Shown piece by piece: positions 9,103 through 21,144 of a stretch of 64,000 bases of DNA (positions within the stretch are counted from its first letter, which is position 1; every line of letters begins with the position of its first letter). A program made the position numbers and the translations under genes. Location of the stretch: positions 5,433 through 69,432 of the forward strand of contig CALSSZ010000008.1 in the NCBI GenBank assembly GCA_943789145.1, in the 5' to 3' direction. Under the pieces are notes generated by a model. It did no database searches. It was not told the DNA's origin and was given only the letters and a program-made list of their open reading frames with translations. The DNA is from an uncultured Pseudomonadales bacterium. GTDB lineage: Bacteria; Pseudomonadota; Gammaproteobacteria; Pseudomonadales; Porticoccaceae.

Positions 9103-12100
9103 TTAGGCCGCGGTCGCTGAAAGCAGTTGTTGCAGAATTTCATTAACCTGGACAAAGCGCTCTTCCGGACTATCCATAGGCATAGTGAAACTCAGTTGGT
9201 CATTGTTTTGCAAGCGGAAAATATTGGGGTGGGTCTGCACCATGGTGACAATGGTCATAGGCTCTACCACTGTGTTTTTGGTGAATTGTACCCTTCCGCC
9301 ATTGGGGCCTGCCTCGATCTTTTTAAGCCCCAGTTGCTCGCCCAGCTGGCGCAGCTCGGCAAGCTGAAATAGTGCCTTTAGCTGCTCCGGCAACAGCCCA
9401 AAGCGGTCGATCATTTCCACCTGTAGCTCGTGAAGTTGCTCTTTGGTCTGGCAATTGGACAGCCGTTTGTAGAGAGTCAGGCGCATATTGACATCGGGCA
9501 GATAGTCATCGGGTATCAGCGCCGGTATATGCATATTGACCTCAACGCCCTGGTGCAGGGCAGCATCCAGATCCGGTATGGCGCCATTGCGGATGGCATT
9601 GACTGCTCGATCTAACATTTCCAGATAGAGGGTAAAGCCTATAGCCTGAATATGACCGCTCTGCTCTTCGCCGAGCAGCTCTCCAGCGCCGCGAATCTCC
9701 AGGTCATTGGTGGCCAGCGTGAAGCCAGAACCCAGATGATCGGCAGCAGAGATAACCTCCAGTCGCTTGGTGGCGTCGGCGGTCAGTTTTTTATCCTGAG
9801 GGGTCATTAGGTAGGCATAGGCCTGGTGATGGGATCGACCCACACGGCCGCGCAGCTGATGCAGTTGGGCAAGGCCAAATTTATCCGCTCGCTCGATCAA
9901 TATGGTATTGGCGCTGGGCACATCAATACCGTTTTCGATAATGGTGGTGCATACCAGCACATTGAAGCGCTGGTGATAAAAGTCCGACATCACCTGCTCC
10001 AGCTGGCGCTCGCGCATCTGGCCGTGGGCTATCCGGATACGAGCCTCGGGCACCAGTTCTGCCAGCTCATTAGAGACCCGCTGAATGCTTTTGACATCAT
10101 TGTGCAGAAAGTACACCTGACCGCCGCGCATTATTTCTCGTAGTATTGCCTCCCGGGTAACCCTGGATTCCTGTTTGCGCACAAAGGTTTTTACCGACAG
10201 ACGCTTGGCTGGTGGCGTGGCAATTATTGAGAGATCGCGGATGCTGTGCATCGACATATTCAATGTGCGTGGAATAGGGGTGGCGGTCATGGTGAGAATG
10301 TCCACCGAGCTGCGCAGAGACTTGATTTTCTCTTTCTGGCGCACACCAAAACGATGCTCTTCATCAATAATCATCAGGCCCAGCTGGCTAAAGTCTATCT
10401 GTGCATGGAGCAGTTTGTGGGTACTAATAAGGATATCAACCTTGCCTGCTTCGGTGGCGGCAATTATCTCCTCCTGCTCTTTATTGGTCTTAAAGCGTGA
10501 TAGTTCTTCTATGCGGACCGGCCAGCTGGCAAAGCGGTCCTGAAAATTTTGCAGATGCTGGTGGGCAAGCAATGTGGTGGGCACCAGAATAACCACCTGT
10601 TTGCCGCTGGAGACCACCGTAAAGGCGGCGCGCATGGCTACTTCGGTTTTACCAAAGCCCACATCACCGCATACCAAGCGATCCATTGGCTGAGAGCTCA
10701 GCAGGTCGCGGCGCACTGCATCTATGGCCTCCTGCTGATCGGCGGTTTCCTCAAAGGAGAAGTCGCTGCTAAATTTGCGATAGTCCTCTTCATTTTCAGT
10801 GCAGGCAAAGCCTTTGCGCGCGGCGCGACGGGAGTAGATATCCAGTAATTCGACAGCGGTATCGCGCACCTGTTTAGCGGCTTTCTCTTTGGCCTTATCC
10901 CATTTGTCTGTGCCTAGACGATTGAGGGGCGCGGCCACCTGATCACCGCCACCGAAGCGACTGATCAAATGGAGAGAGGATACCGGCACATAGAGCTTGG
11001 CATCGTCTGCATAGGTAAGCATCAGAAACTCCTGCACCGAGCGGTCAACCTCCAGAGTCACCAGCCCCTGATAGCGGCCCACTCCATGCTCTATATGTAC
11101 CACCGGAGAGCCAACTTTGAGCTCTGCCAGATTTTTAAATACATAGTCTGGTGACTCTGAGGCCTTTGATCGGCGCCGTCGCTGCATCACCTGCTGACCA
11201 AATAGCTCGCCCTCAGTTATCAGGCAGAGTTTTTGTGTGGGGCAGTAGACGCCCTGATCGATTGCATAGGTAGTAATGCCATAACTGGCCTGGCCGTCCA
11301 CAAACTGCTGCCAGTGGTCGACCGGCTGGGGTGTCAGCTCAATGGCTTTTAGCAGATCGGAGAGCACTTCCCGGCGGCCTGGTGATTCTGCGCAAAATAG
11401 AATGCGGGTGTCTGCCGGACACTGGTCAATAAAGGCTTGCAGATTGGCCAGGGGATTAACCAACTTGGCATTAACGGCCACATCCGGCACTGCATGCAGC
11501 TGCAGGTTGGCCTGTCCCGCTCGCTCTTCAAGCAGTTCATGGCTAATTATGGTTCTCGGCAGCTGCTTGAGCGACTGAAACAGACTGTCGACAGGAATAA
11601 AGATTTCCCCAGGTGGCAGAATAGGTCGTGCTGGGTCAACAGCGTATTCTTCATAGCGACTATTGATATCCTGCCAGAAATACTCTGCCGCCTCTTCAAT
11701 GCCAGCCTGAGTAAAGAGCTGCACCTGATCTGGCAGATAATCGAACAATGTCGCAGTCTGCTTAAAGAACAGCGGCAGATAATATTCAATGCCCTGGGGG
11801 GCTATGCCATCATTTATATCTGTGTAGATAGAGCACAGGCTTGGGTCATGATCAAAATGGTCATGCCAGTTATTGAGAAACAGATTAATGGCTTCGGCAT
11901 CCAGGGGAAACTCCCGGGCAGGCAGCAGCATGAGTTGATCAACGGTTTCTTTGGTGCGCTGGCTCTCAGGGTCAAACAGGCGCAGGGATTCAATTTCATC
12001 GTCGAGCAGATCTATGCGGAATGGAGTCTTCTCACCCATGGGGAAGATATCAATAATAGAGCCGCGAAAGGCGAATTCGCCATGTTCAAAAACTGTATCT

Positions 12101-12564
12101 ACCCGCTTGTAGCCGGCGCGGCTGAGCTGGTCTTGAAGCTTGGCTCGGTCTAAATCCTCGCCCAGATTGTAGCTAAAGGTGCGCGAGGCGACAAAATCTG
12201 TGGGTGCAATGCGGTGCATCAATGTCGATAGCGGAACCACAATAATGCCACGCTGGGCTGTGGGCAGACTAGCCAGAGTTTGCAGGCGCGCGGAAACAAT
12301 ATCCTGATGGGGGGAGAAAATATCATAGGGCAGTGTTTCCCAGTCGGGGAAGGTAAAGATTGGCAGCTGTTGCTCGGCGGCAAAAAATTGCAGGGCACGG
12401 GTCTGTTCTGCAGCCTGTCGGGCAGTCTCGGTAATCAGCAGGGTTAATCCCTCGAAGTTAATAGCTGACTCTGTCACAGCCAGGGCGCGCCCGGCCGCAC
12501 GCAACTCACCCCAATGCTGTTTGTCACCGGGCTTAGATGCGGGGCGTTGCTGGATAATACTCAT
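9103..12564 (-). CDS. mfd: transcription-repair coupling factor
   Basis: 1153 aa. Walker A GDVGFGKTEV, DEEHRFG box, and TRG/helicase C-terminal motifs. Start set at Met22 of the ORF (cat 12562-12564). Confidence 0.95.
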   Translation of the reverse strand: MSIIQQRPASKPGDKQHWGELRAAGRALAVTESAINFEGLTLLITETARQAAEQTRALQFFAAEQQLPIFTFPDWETLPYDIFSPHQDIVSARLQTLASLPTAQRGIIVVPLSTLMHRIAPTDFVASRTFSYNLGEDLDRAKLQDQLSRAGYKRVDTVFEHGEFAFRGSIIDIFPMGEKTPFRIDLLDDEIESLRLFDPESQRTKETVDQLMLLPAREFPLDAEAINLFLNNWHDHFDHDPSLCSIYTDINDGIAPQGIEYYLPLFFKQTATLFDYLPDQVQLFTQAGIEEAAEYFWQDINSRYEEYAVDPARPILPPGEIFIPVDSLFQSLKQLPRTIISHELLEERAGQANLQLHAVPDVAVNAKLVNPLANLQAFIDQCPADTRILFCAESPGRREVLSDLLKAIELTPQPVDHWQQFVDGQASYGITTYAIDQGVYCPTQKLCLITEGELFGQQVMQRRRRSKASESPDYVFKNLAELKVGSPVVHIEHGVGRYQGLVTLEVDRSVQEFLMLTYADDAKLYVPVSSLHLISRFGGGDQVAAPLNRLGTDKWDKAKEKAAKQVRDTAVELLDIYSRRAARKGFACTENEEDYRKFSSDFSFEETADQQEAIDAVRRDLLSSQPMDRLVCGDVGFGKTEVAMRAAFTVVSSGKQVVILVPTTLLAHQHLQNFQDRFASWPVRIEELSRFKTNKEQEEIIAATEAGKVDILISTHKLLHAQIDFSQLGLMIIDEEHRFGVRQKEKIKSLRSSVDILTMTATPIPRTLNMSMHSIRDLSIIATPPAKRLSVKTFVRKQESRVTREAILREIMRGGQVYFLHNDVKSIQRVSNELAELVPEARIRIAHGQMRERQLEQVMSDFYHQRFNVLVCTTIIENGIDVPSANTILIERADKFGLAQLHQLRGRVGRSHHQAYAYLMTPQDKKLTADATKRLEVISAADHLGSGFTLATNDLEIRGAGELLGEEQSGHIQAIGFTLYLEMLDRAVNAIRNGAIPDLDAALHQGVEVNMHIPALIPDDYLPDVNMRLTLYKRLSNCQTKEQLHELQVEMIDRFGLLPEQLKALFQLAELRQLGEQLGLKKIEAGPNGGRVQFTKNTVVEPMTIVTMVQTHPNIFRLQNNDQLSFTMPMDSPEERFVQVNEILQQLLSATAA

Positions 12565-12759
12565 AAATAATAGGTTATCTGTCTGTGGGTGTCGCCAATG
12601 GCCATGGGACAAAACGAATTTGCCCACTATTCTACTTATCTAGGAGTATTGATTGTAGATATATTGTCTATCATAGTGATTAAATAAATTGTTGATTGTC
12701 TGGGCTTCCTGACTGCCGGATAATGACAAGTCTCTCTAATGTGCAAAAGGACCCAAGGC

Positions 12760-14220
12760 ATGACTGAGCAAAAAAGACCCTTACCAGATGATTTTTTTAA
12801 AGATTGGAAGCAGCGGGAAGCGCTTGCTGAGGGCATGATCCCGGTGATTGGCAAGCTCTATCGAGAGCGCAATGTCAGCACCTATATGTATGGCAACAAT
12901 ATGGTTAACAAGTCTGTTACTGACTTGATGAAGGCTCACCGCTTTGTGCGTCAGGTGGAGATGAATGAGCTCAGTGAGTTTGATACCGCGCCGATGCTGG
13001 ACGCTGTAGCAAAACTGCAGCTCGGCCCAGCTCATTTAGATCTGGGAAAAATGGTGGTCAAATACCAGAGGGGTGGCAATGGTCGCTCGGTCGATGACTT
13101 TGTTCAGGATGAGTTGGCGGAGATTGTAGGCTCAGATATAAAGCCACTGCCTGAGCCCCAGGATGTGGTGCTCTATGGTTTTGGGCGCATAGGTCGGCTG
13201 GTAGCGAGAATTCTGATCGACAAGGCGGGCGGTGGCGATGTATTGCGTCTGCGAGCAATTGTTATTCGCAAGAGCAAGCTGGACAATGACCTGGAAAAAC
13301 GAGCGGCACTGCTGCGCAGAGATTCTGTGCACGGATCATTTAAAGGTACCATCCGGGTGCTTAGCGAAAGTAATACTCTGGTGGTCAATGGCAATCCGAT
13401 CAAGGTGATCTACGCCAACAGTCCAGAAGAAATAGACTACACTGAATACGGCATTAACAATGCCCTGATTGTCGACAATACCGGTGTGTGGAAAGACAAT
13501 GCAGGTCTTGGCGGCCACCTGCGGCCCGGGGCTTCCAAGGTGCTGTTAACGGCGCCGGCGGGGGATGATATTCCCAATATTGTCTACGGTATCAATCACC
13601 ATGAAATTACTCCGGAGCGCAGCATTATCTCGGCGGCGTCCTGCACCACCAATGCTATTGTGCCTGTATTAAAGTGCCTGCTTGATGAGTACGGTATTAA
13701 TAATGGCCATGTAGAGACTGTTCACGCCTATACCAATGACCAAAATCTGATTGATAACCACCATAAGGGTGATCGTCGGGGACGCAGTGCAGCGCTGAAT
13801 ATGGTACTGACGTCAACAGGGGCAGCCAAGGCGGTGGCCAAGGCTATTCCTGAGCTCAGGGGCAAGTTAACTGGCAATGCTATCAGGGTGCCTACGCCCA
13901 ATGTGTCCATGGCTATTCTTAATCTGCAACTGGGTAGAGAGACCAATGTGGGCGAGCTCAATGAGTTTCTGCGACAAAAAGCCCTGCACTCCAGTTTGCA
14001 GCAGCAAATTGGCTATACCGTGTCCACCGAGGCGGTGTCTACAGACTTTGTTGGCTCACGTCAGGCCTGTGTGCTGGATTCTCAGGCAACCATTGTCGAT
14101 GGTAATAGCTGTGTGCTGTACTGCTGGTATGACAATGAGTTTGGCTACAGCTGTCAGGTCGTGCGCTGTCTTGAAAAATTTGCTGGCGTGGTCTGGCCCA
14201 GCTATCCTCTCGAAGGTTAA
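12760..14220 (+). CDS. gap: glyceraldehyde-3-phosphate dehydrogenase, long form with N-terminal extension
   Basis: GFGRIGR NAD motif and catalytic SCTTNA. Roughly 130-aa N-terminal extension and mfd adjacency as in Pseudomonas gap-2. ATG 12760 preferred over 12739 (AAGG upstream). Confidence 0.85.
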   Translation: MTEQKRPLPDDFFKDWKQREALAEGMIPVIGKLYRERNVSTYMYGNNMVNKSVTDLMKAHRFVRQVEMNELSEFDTAPMLDAVAKLQLGPAHLDLGKMVVKYQRGGNGRSVDDFVQDELAEIVGSDIKPLPEPQDVVLYGFGRIGRLVARILIDKAGGGDVLRLRAIVIRKSKLDNDLEKRAALLRRDSVHGSFKGTIRVLSESNTLVVNGNPIKVIYANSPEEIDYTEYGINNALIVDNTGVWKDNAGLGGHLRPGASKVLLTAPAGDDIPNIVYGINHHEITPERSIISAASCTTNAIVPVLKCLLDEYGINNGHVETVHAYTNDQNLIDNHHKGDRRGRSAALNMVLTSTGAAKAVAKAIPELRGKLTGNAIRVPTPNVSMAILNLQLGRETNVGELNEFLRQKALHSSLQQQIGYTVSTEAVSTDFVGSRQACVLDSQATIVDGNSCVLYCWYDNEFGYSCQVVRCLEKFAGVVWPSYPLEG

Positions 14221-14240
14221 AACATTAGAAGGCTAAAACC

Positions 14241-15020
14241 ATGCTGGTAGAGCAGATCTGGACAGATAATCCGTTACGCAATTTCCACTATCTGGTGGCC
14301 TGTCCAGATACGCTGGAAGCTTTGGCCATAGACCCTTTTGATCACCAGCTGGTGTTGCAGCGGGCTGAGGCGCTGGGCTGGAAGATCACTCAGATTCTCA
14401 ATACTCATGAGCACTTTGACCATATTGACGGCAATCAGGCAATGGTTGCCGCCACTGGTGCAACGGTGCTGGCTCATGTCAATGCCCGGGATAAGATTGC
14501 AGGTATGGACAGGGGGCTGCAGGCGGGAGCTGTGGTTAAGATTGGCAGCTCGGTTGAGCTGGAGGTGCTGGATACGCCAGGGCATACCATGAGCCATATC
14601 TGTCTGCTATCCAAAACTGAGGTCCCGGCGCTGTTCAGTGGCGATACTATTTTTAATGCTGGGGTGGGGCACTGCCACTATGGGGGCGACCCAGATATTC
14701 TCGCCAACACCGTGTTTAGTCAGGTGGATGCATTGCCTGACGAAACACTGCTTTATCCTGGACATGATTACATTGTTAACAACCTGCGTTTTACCCTGGA
14801 TCGAGAGCCGGGTAATACCCTGGCGGCGGAGTTGCTACAGCAGGTGGAATCTCAGGACCCCAATGAGGCTTTGATTACCAATCTGGGAGAGGAGAGGCAG
14901 ATTAATACCTTTTTCCGCACAGATAGCCCCGAGGTGATCGAAAACTTTGCTCAATTACAGTCGACGGCGAGTCCGACAGAGGTGTTTTTGGCCCTGCGTG
15001 AGTGCCGCAATAGCTGGTAA
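14241..15020 (+). CDS. gloB: hydroxyacylglutathione hydrolase (MBL fold)
   Basis: THEHFDH metal motif. C-terminal GloB-like segment (NTFFR). Confidence 0.8.
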   Translation: MLVEQIWTDNPLRNFHYLVACPDTLEALAIDPFDHQLVLQRAEALGWKITQILNTHEHFDHIDGNQAMVAATGATVLAHVNARDKIAGMDRGLQAGAVVKIGSSVELEVLDTPGHTMSHICLLSKTEVPALFSGDTIFNAGVGHCHYGGDPDILANTVFSQVDALPDETLLYPGHDYIVNNLRFTLDREPGNTLAAELLQQVESQDPNEALITNLGEERQINTFFRTDSPEVIENFAQLQSTASPTEVFLALRECRNSW

Positions 15021-15313
15021 ATAATGGCGCCAGCGCAGGTTTGCGCAAGCATTTCCTATTTAATAACAAAAAAACCTTCAGATTGGCTTTAAAAGAGCTG
15101 CAGCACTGGTATCACGACGCCCAGACCTTTATAATCCCGCGCAATCTAAATCGGCCAATTTTAACTATTTTTCAGAGGTTACTCATTGGGCGGACTACAA
15201 CGTAATTTGCACAGTTCTCGAGCTTAAAGTTGAGTTTGAGAGGCGGCTATTTGATGGGCCGCAAGAGCTTGGTATTGCAGCCAGAATTTAAATTAGACTA
15301 GTGGTATTTCCAT

Positions 15314-16654
15314 ATGATCAAAGTTCGTCGAGGATTAGATCTGCCTATTGCCGGTGCGCCGGAGCAGATTGTCCAAGATGGCCCCAAGATAAGTCAGGTG
15401 GCGGTAATCGGATCCGATTATCCAGGCATGAAGCCCACTATGGCGGTGCGCGAAGGTGATCGCGTCACTCGGGGTCAGATACTATTTTCGGATAAGAAGA
15501 ATCAAGGTGTTGTATTTACTGCGCCAGCGGCGGGCAAGGTGGTCGCCATTAACCGTGGCGAGCGACGCCTGTTTCAGTCGCTGGTTATCGATGTCGATGG
15601 TGACAAGGCAGAGAAGTTTAAGTCTTATAAGGCTGCCAAATTATCTGATCTGGATCGTGCAGAGGTGGTTGATAATCTGGTTAACTCTGGACAGTGGGTT
15701 GCCCTGCGCACCAGACCCTATTCAAAGGTTCCGGCGATTGACTCCAGCCCGGCCTCGATCTTTGTGACTGCCATGGATACTAATCCACTGGCCGCTGACC
15801 CAGCGGTGATTATTGCCCAGCGCAGCGAAGACTTCGCCAATGGTCTTAAAGTATTGGCCCATTTGACTGATGGCCCGGTCAATGTCTGTGTCGCCCCAGA
15901 CTCAGCAGTTTCCGGGGAACAGATTGATGGCGTTCGCGATATCAGTTTCAGTGGTCCTCACCCGGCTGGTTTGCCTGGCACCCATATCCATTTTGTCGAC
16001 CCGGTCAGTGCAGACAAAACAGTCTGGTCGATTGGCTATCAGGATGTGATTGCCACTGGCGCCCTGTTTACCACTGGCAAGCTGGATACCGCCCGCGTGG
16101 TTGCTCTTGGCGGCCCTCAGGTTACCCAGCCAAGACTGCTTAGTACTCAGCTCGGCGCTAACCTCAACCAGTTAGTGATTGGTGAACTGGCCAATGATGA
16201 AAACCGTATCATCTCTGGTTCTGTGCTTGCGGGCCGCAAGGCTACCGGTGCCTTTGCCTTTTTGGGCCGCTACCACAATCAGGTCTCGGTGATTCGCGAA
16301 GGCCGCGAACGTGAGTTTCTGCACTATCTGCGCGCTGGTGTGAACAAGCATTCTGCACTGCCCATCTTTGCCTCATCGCTGAGCAACAAACTATTTAATA
16401 TGACCTCCAGCACCAATGGCAGCGAACGGGCCATGGTGCCTGTGGGTGGCTATGAAGATGTGACTGCGCTAGATCTGTTGCCTGTGCAGCTGCTGCGCTC
16501 GCTGATTGTCGGCGATACAGAAATGGCCCAAAAGCTGGGCTGTCTGGAGTTGGACGAAGAAGATGTCGGCCTCTACACCTATGTCTGTGTAGGCAAGCAT
16601 GAGTACGGCGGCATTCTGCGCGACAACCTAACTAGAATTGAAAAGGAGGGTTAA
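15314..16654 (+). CDS. nqrA: Na+-translocating NADH:quinone reductase subunit A
   Basis: [15 protein letters not shown]-terminus. First gene of the nqr operon. Confidence 0.95.
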   Translation: MIKVRRGLDLPIAGAPEQIVQDGPKISQVAVIGSDYPGMKPTMAVREGDRVTRGQILFSDKKNQGVVFTAPAAGKVVAINRGERRLFQSLVIDVDGDKAEKFKSYKAAKLSDLDRAEVVDNLVNSGQWVALRTRPYSKVPAIDSSPASIFVTAMDTNPLAADPAVIIAQRSEDFANGLKVLAHLTDGPVNVCVAPDSAVSGEQIDGVRDISFSGPHPAGLPGTHIHFVDPVSADKTVWSIGYQDVIATGALFTTGKLDTARVVALGGPQVTQPRLLSTQLGANLNQLVIGELANDENRIISGSVLAGRKATGAFAFLGRYHNQVSVIREGREREFLHYLRAGVNKHSALPIFASSLSNKLFNMTSSTNGSERAMVPVGGYEDVTALDLLPVQLLRSLIVGDTEMAQKLGCLELDEEDVGLYTYVCVGKHEYGGILRDNLTRIEKEG

Positions 16655-16658
16655 GCCC

Positions 16659-17852
16659 ATGATGCGTAATCTTCTCGATAAATTAGAGCCAAAGTTCCAC
16701 AAGGGCGGCAAATGGGAAAAGTGGTATGCACTTTTCGAAGCAGTCGACACTGCGCTTTACAAGCCGTCGGACATTACCAAGAACAGCTCCCATGTTCGCG
16801 ATGGCATTGATCTTAAGCGTGTGATGATCACTGTATGGCTGGCAACTTTCCCCACTATGTTCTTCGGTATGTGGAACATAGGGTTTCAGGCCAATACCAT
16901 TATGGCGGATATGGGCATGGTGTCCCAGGAGGGTCTGCGCGGCGTCTTTATTGGCCTGCTGGCTGGCTATGATGCCACTAGCCTGTGGGACAATATGATC
17001 CACGGCGCTGCTTACTTCCTGCCCATTTATATGACTACTTTTATCGTGGGCGGTTTTTGGGAGGTGCTGTTTGCCTCGGTGCGCGGCCATGAAGTGAACG
17101 AAGGCTTCTTTGTCACCTCGATTCTGTTTGCTCTGTGCTGTCCTCCGGATCTGCCACTGTGGATGGTGGCTGTGGGTATCAGCTTTGGTATTGTGATTGG
17201 TAAAGAAGTATTTGGCGGTACTGGCAAAAATTTCCTTAACCCAGCATTAACCGGTCGCGCATTTCTGTACTTTGCTTACCCGGCCTATATGTCTGGCGAC
17301 GCAGTCTGGTCTGCAGTGGACGGCTACACTGGCGCTACCATGCTCTCTGTAGCTGCCGCCGAGGGTATGGTTGCTCTGCAGCAGGGCGTTACCTGGATGC
17401 AGGCCTTTATCGGCACTATTCAGGGCTCTATAGGTGAGACTTCTACACTGGCTATTCTGATGGGTGCGGTGTTGCTGCTGGTGATGCGTATTGCCTCTTG
17501 GCGAATTATTACCGGTGTACTTATAGGTTCTGCGGCTCTGTCCATACTGTTTAATAATATTGATTCAACCAACCCCATGTTTGCCGTGCCATTCTACTGG
17601 CACTGGGTGATTGGTGGCTTTGCCTTTGGTGCCATCTTTATGGCCACGGATCCGGTGTCTGCGGCGATGACCAATACAGGCAAATTCTGGTACGGCATTT
17701 TAATCGGTGTGATGGTGATTCTGATTCGCGTGGTTAATCCCGCATTTCCAGAGGGCATGATGCTGGCAATTCTGTTTGCCAATCTATTTGCGCCGCTGTT
17801 CGACCACTGGGTTGTGCAGGGCAACATTAAAAGGAGACTGGCTCGTGGGTAA
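16659..17852 (+). CDS. nqrB: Na+-NQR subunit B
   Basis: ATG 16659 after RBS AAGGAGG (16643-16649). NqrB membrane protein with an FMN-attachment region. Confidence 0.95.
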   Translation: MMRNLLDKLEPKFHKGGKWEKWYALFEAVDTALYKPSDITKNSSHVRDGIDLKRVMITVWLATFPTMFFGMWNIGFQANTIMADMGMVSQEGLRGVFIGLLAGYDATSLWDNMIHGAAYFLPIYMTTFIVGGFWEVLFASVRGHEVNEGFFVTSILFALCCPPDLPLWMVAVGISFGIVIGKEVFGGTGKNFLNPALTGRAFLYFAYPAYMSGDAVWSAVDGYTGATMLSVAAAEGMVALQQGVTWMQAFIGTIQGSIGETSTLAILMGAVLLLVMRIASWRIITGVLIGSAALSILFNNIDSTNPMFAVPFYWHWVIGGFAFGAIFMATDPVSAAMTNTGKFWYGILIGVMVILIRVVNPAFPEGMMLAILFANLFAPLFDHWVVQGNIKRRLARG

Positions 17853-18612
17853 TGACAGTATTTCTAAAACATTTGGTGTAGCACTGGCCCTCTGTGTGGT
17901 CTGCGCTGTGGTGGTTTCCAGCGCCGCGGTGATTTTGCGACCCACTCAGGAAGTGAACAAGCTGCTGGACCTGAAAACCAATATTCTCGCCTCTGCAGGT
18001 CTGCTGCAACAGGGTGTTTCCATTGAGACTCAGTTTGAGCAGATCAGCACCCGTGTGGTGGATCTGCAGACTGGTGAGTTTACCGATGCGGTTGATGCTG
18101 CGACCTATGATCAGCGCAAGGCGTCCAAGGATCCGGCACTATCCATGGCTCTGGATCCCAAACAGGATCCGGCCAAGATTAAACGCCGCGCCAATTACGC
18201 CACTGTGTATATGGTTGAGGGTGAGCAGGGCATCGAAAAGATTATTCTGCCAATTAAAGGTTATGGCCTGTGGTCGACTCTCTATGGGTTTCTGGCTCTG
18301 GAGGCTGACCTTGAGACTGTCGCCGGTATTGGTTTCTATGAGCATACCGAGACGCCAGGTCTGGGTGGCGAAGTGGATAATCCCAGATGGAAAGCCAGTT
18401 GGGTGGGCAAGCAGGCCTACAATCAGGGTGAGCTGACCATTACTGTATTAAAAGGCAAAGCTGATTTGAGCCGCGCTGGTTCTGAGGCACAGATCGATGG
18501 TCTGGCCGGAGCCACATTGACCACCAGGGGCGTTGATAATCTGGTGCGCTACTGGCTGGGCGATCAGGGCTTTAGACCGCTGATCAATTCTTTAAAAGCA
18601 GGGGAGGCCTAA
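17845..18612 (+). CDS. nqrC: Na+-NQR subunit C
   Basis: GTG start overlapping the nqrB stop, RBS AAGGAGA 17831-17837. SGATLT-like FMN site ([11 protein letters not shown]). Confidence 0.9.
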   Translation: MGNDSISKTFGVALALCVVCAVVVSSAAVILRPTQEVNKLLDLKTNILASAGLLQQGVSIETQFEQISTRVVDLQTGEFTDAVDAATYDQRKASKDPALSMALDPKQDPAKIKRRANYATVYMVEGEQGIEKIILPIKGYGLWSTLYGFLALEADLETVAGIGFYEHTETPGLGGEVDNPRWKASWVGKQAYNQGELTITVLKGKADLSRAGSEAQIDGLAGATLTTRGVDNLVRYWLGDQGFRPLINSLKAGEA

Positions 18613-18615
18613 ACA

Positions 18616-19278
18616 ATGTCAAAAGTTAAAGACACCTTATTGGAGCCTATTGTTGCCAATAATCCGGTGGCACTACAGATTCTGGGAATCTGTTCGGCAC
18701 TGGCGGTAACCTCAAGCATGAAGGTTGCCTTTGTGATGTGCCTGGCGCTAACCACGGTAGCCGCGTTCGCCAATCTGTTTGTTTCTATTATTCGCAACCA
18801 TATTCCCAATAGCATCCGTATTATTGTGCAGATGACTATTATTGCTTCGCTTGTGATTGTGGTGGATCAGGTGCTTAAGGCTGTGGCTTACGATATCAGC
18901 AAGCAGCTGTCGGTATTTGTGGGTCTGATTATCACCAACTGTATTGTGATGGGGCGCGCTGAAGCATTCGCCATGAAGAACCCGCCAATGGCCAGTTTTT
19001 ACGATGGCATAGGCAATGGCCTGGGTTACAGCATGGTGCTGATGGTAGTCGCATTTTTCCGCGAGCTGTTTGGCGCGGGCAAGCTGTGGGGCTATGAAGT
19101 CCTGAGCCTGACTACCGATGGTGGCTGGTATGTGGCTAATGGAATGATGTTAATGGCACCCAGTGCCTTCTTCCTGATCGGTTTGTTGATCTGGGTGATC
19201 CGTATCTACGACAAAAAGCAGGTGGAACAGCCTGACTTTAAGATCACCGCCAATAGTCGCCCGAGCGAGGTGGCCTGA
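18616..19278 (+). CDS. nqrD: Na+-NQR subunit D
   Basis: Conserved NqrD/RnfE-type membrane protein in operon position. Confidence 0.95.
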   Translation: MSKVKDTLLEPIVANNPVALQILGICSALAVTSSMKVAFVMCLALTTVAAFANLFVSIIRNHIPNSIRIIVQMTIIASLVIVVDQVLKAVAYDISKQLSVFVGLIITNCIVMGRAEAFAMKNPPMASFYDGIGNGLGYSMVLMVVAFFRELFGAGKLWGYEVLSLTTDGGWYVANGMMLMAPSAFFLIGLLIWVIRIYDKKQVEQPDFKITANSRPSEVA

Positions 19279-19886
19279 TGGAACATTATCTAAGTATCTT
19301 AGTCCGCTCGATCTTTATTGATAATATTGCCCTGAGCATGTTTCTAGGCATGTGTACCTTTCTGGCACTGTCGAAGAAAATCAATGCTGCTATTGGTCTG
19401 GGTATTGCAGTTATTGTGGTGCAGACCATTACTGTGCCGGTCAATAACCTGCTGCTGAACTACCTGCTGGCCGATGGTGCACTGGCCTGGGCTGGCCTGC
19501 CTGATGTGGATCTAAGCTTTTTGATGTACCTGTGTTTTATCGGTGTTATTGCCGCCATGGTGCAGATACTGGAGATGGTGCTGGATAAGTATGTGCCTGC
19601 GCTATACAACGCGCTGGGTGTGTTCCTGCCATTGATTACGGTGAACTGTGCGATTCTGGGTGGTTCTCTGTTGATGGCGGAGCGGGGCTTTGATTTTGCA
19701 GAATCCGTGGTTTATGGCCTTGGCTCTGGTACTTCCTGGGCACTGGCTATCGCTGTACTGGCCGGCATTCGCGAAAAATTAAAATATAGTGATATTCCAG
19801 AAGGCCTACAGGGGCTGGGTATCGTATTTATTACCGTGGGTCTTATATCCCTGGGCTTTATGTCCTTCGGTGGTATTGATATCTAA
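19278..19886 (+). CDS. nqrE: Na+-NQR subunit E
   Basis: NqrE/RnfA-type membrane protein. ATGA overlap with nqrD. Confidence 0.95.
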   Translation: MEHYLSILVRSIFIDNIALSMFLGMCTFLALSKKINAAIGLGIAVIVVQTITVPVNNLLLNYLLADGALAWAGLPDVDLSFLMYLCFIGVIAAMVQILEMVLDKYVPALYNALGVFLPLITVNCAILGGSLLMAERGFDFAESVVYGLGSGTSWALAIAVLAGIREKLKYSDIPEGLQGLGIVFITVGLISLGFMSFGGIDI

Positions 19887-19920
19887 GCAAGATCTGTAAT
19901 AACGGAGACGTAATAAAAGT

Positions 19921-21144
19921 ATGAATACTGAAATTATTCTAGGCGTAGGCATGTTTACCGTAGTGATTCTGGCGCTGGTGGCTTTTATTTTGGCTGCACG
20001 CAGCAAGCTGGTGTCCTCTGGTGATGTGAATATTGTCATCAATGGCGAGAAAACCATCACTGTGCCTGCGGGCGATAAGCTGCTGCAGACATTGTCCAAT
20101 GCGGGACTGTTCTTGCCTTCGGCCTGTGGTGGCGGTGGTAGCTGTGCCCAGTGCAAATGTGTGATTACCGAAGGTGGCGGCTCTATGTTGCCAACCGAAG
20201 AGAGCCATTTTAATCGCCGCGAAGCTGCTGAGGGCTGGAGACTGTCCTGCCAGGCCCCGGTTAAGCAGGATATGCATGTCGAAGTTCCCGAAGAAGTATT
20301 TGGTGTCAAGCGCTGGGAATGTGAGGTTGAATCCAACTCCAATGTGGCCACCTTTATTAAAGAGCTGACCCTTAAGCTGCCTGAGGGTGAGGATGTCAAA
20401 TTCCGCGCCGGTGGCTATGTGCAGCTGGAATGTCCGCCCCACCATATTAAGTACTCAGACTTTGATATCGAAGAAGAGTATCGCGGTGACTGGGAGCGCT
20501 TTGACTTCTTTAAGCATGAGTCGATTGTTGATGAGACAGTGATTCGCGCCTATTCCATGGCCAACTATCCAGACGAGAAGGGCGTGGTTAAGTTTAATAT
20601 TCGTATCGCTACGCCACCTCCGGGATCTACCGGTATTGCGCCCGGGCAGATGTCGTCCTATGTGTTTAGTCTTAAGCCAGGTGACAAGATTCCGGTCTAT
20701 GGTCCCTTTGGTGAGTTCTTTGCCAAGGATACCGACAACGAGATGGTATTTGTTGGTGGTGGTGCAGGTATGGCGCCCATGCGCTCTCATATCTTTGATC
20801 AGCTTAAGCGTATCAAGTCCGACCGCAAGATCAGCTTCTGGTATGGTGCCCGCTCATTGCGCGAGTGCTTCTACGACGACGAGTACGATATGCTGGCCGC
20901 CGAGAACGACAACTTCGACTGGCATCTGGCGCTGTCCGATCCCCAGCCAGAAGATAACTGGGACGGGCTTACCGGCTTTATCCACAATGTGCTCTACGAG
21001 CAGTATCTCAAGGACCACGAGGCGCCAGAGGACTGTGAGTTCTATATGTGCGGACCACCTATGATGAATGCGGCAGTGGTCAAACTGCTGGTCGATCTGG
21101 GTGTGGAGCAGGAGAATATTTTCCTTGATGACTTCGGTGGCTAA
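19921..21144 (+). CDS. nqrF: Na+-NQR subunit F
   Basis: N-terminal TM, 2Fe-2S motif [12 protein letters not shown], and an FAD/NADH domain. Confidence 0.95.
   Translation: MNTEIILGVGMFTVVILALVAFILAARSKLVSSGDVNIVINGEKTITVPAGDKLLQTLSNAGLFLPSACGGGGSCAQCKCVITEGGGSMLPTEESHFNRREAAEGWRLSCQAPVKQDMHVEVPEEVFGVKRWECEVESNSNVATFIKELTLKLPEGEDVKFRAGGYVQLECPPHHIKYSDFDIEEEYRGDWERFDFFKHESIVDETVIRAYSMANYPDEKGVVKFNIRIATPPPGSTGIAPGQMSSYVFSLKPGDKIPVYGPFGEFFAKDTDNEMVFVGGGAGMAPMRSHIFDQLKRIKSDRKISFWYGARSLRECFYDDEYDMLAAENDNFDWHLALSDPQPEDNWDGLTGFIHNVLYEQYLKDHEAPEDCEFYMCGPPMMNAAVVKLLVDLGVEQENIFLDDFGG

Noticed and set aside
12739-12759. Upstream ATG 12739 as the gap start.
   Set aside because: There is no purine-rich RBS in front of it, while ATG 12760 is preceded by AAGG. 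The difference is 7 codons and remains uncertain.
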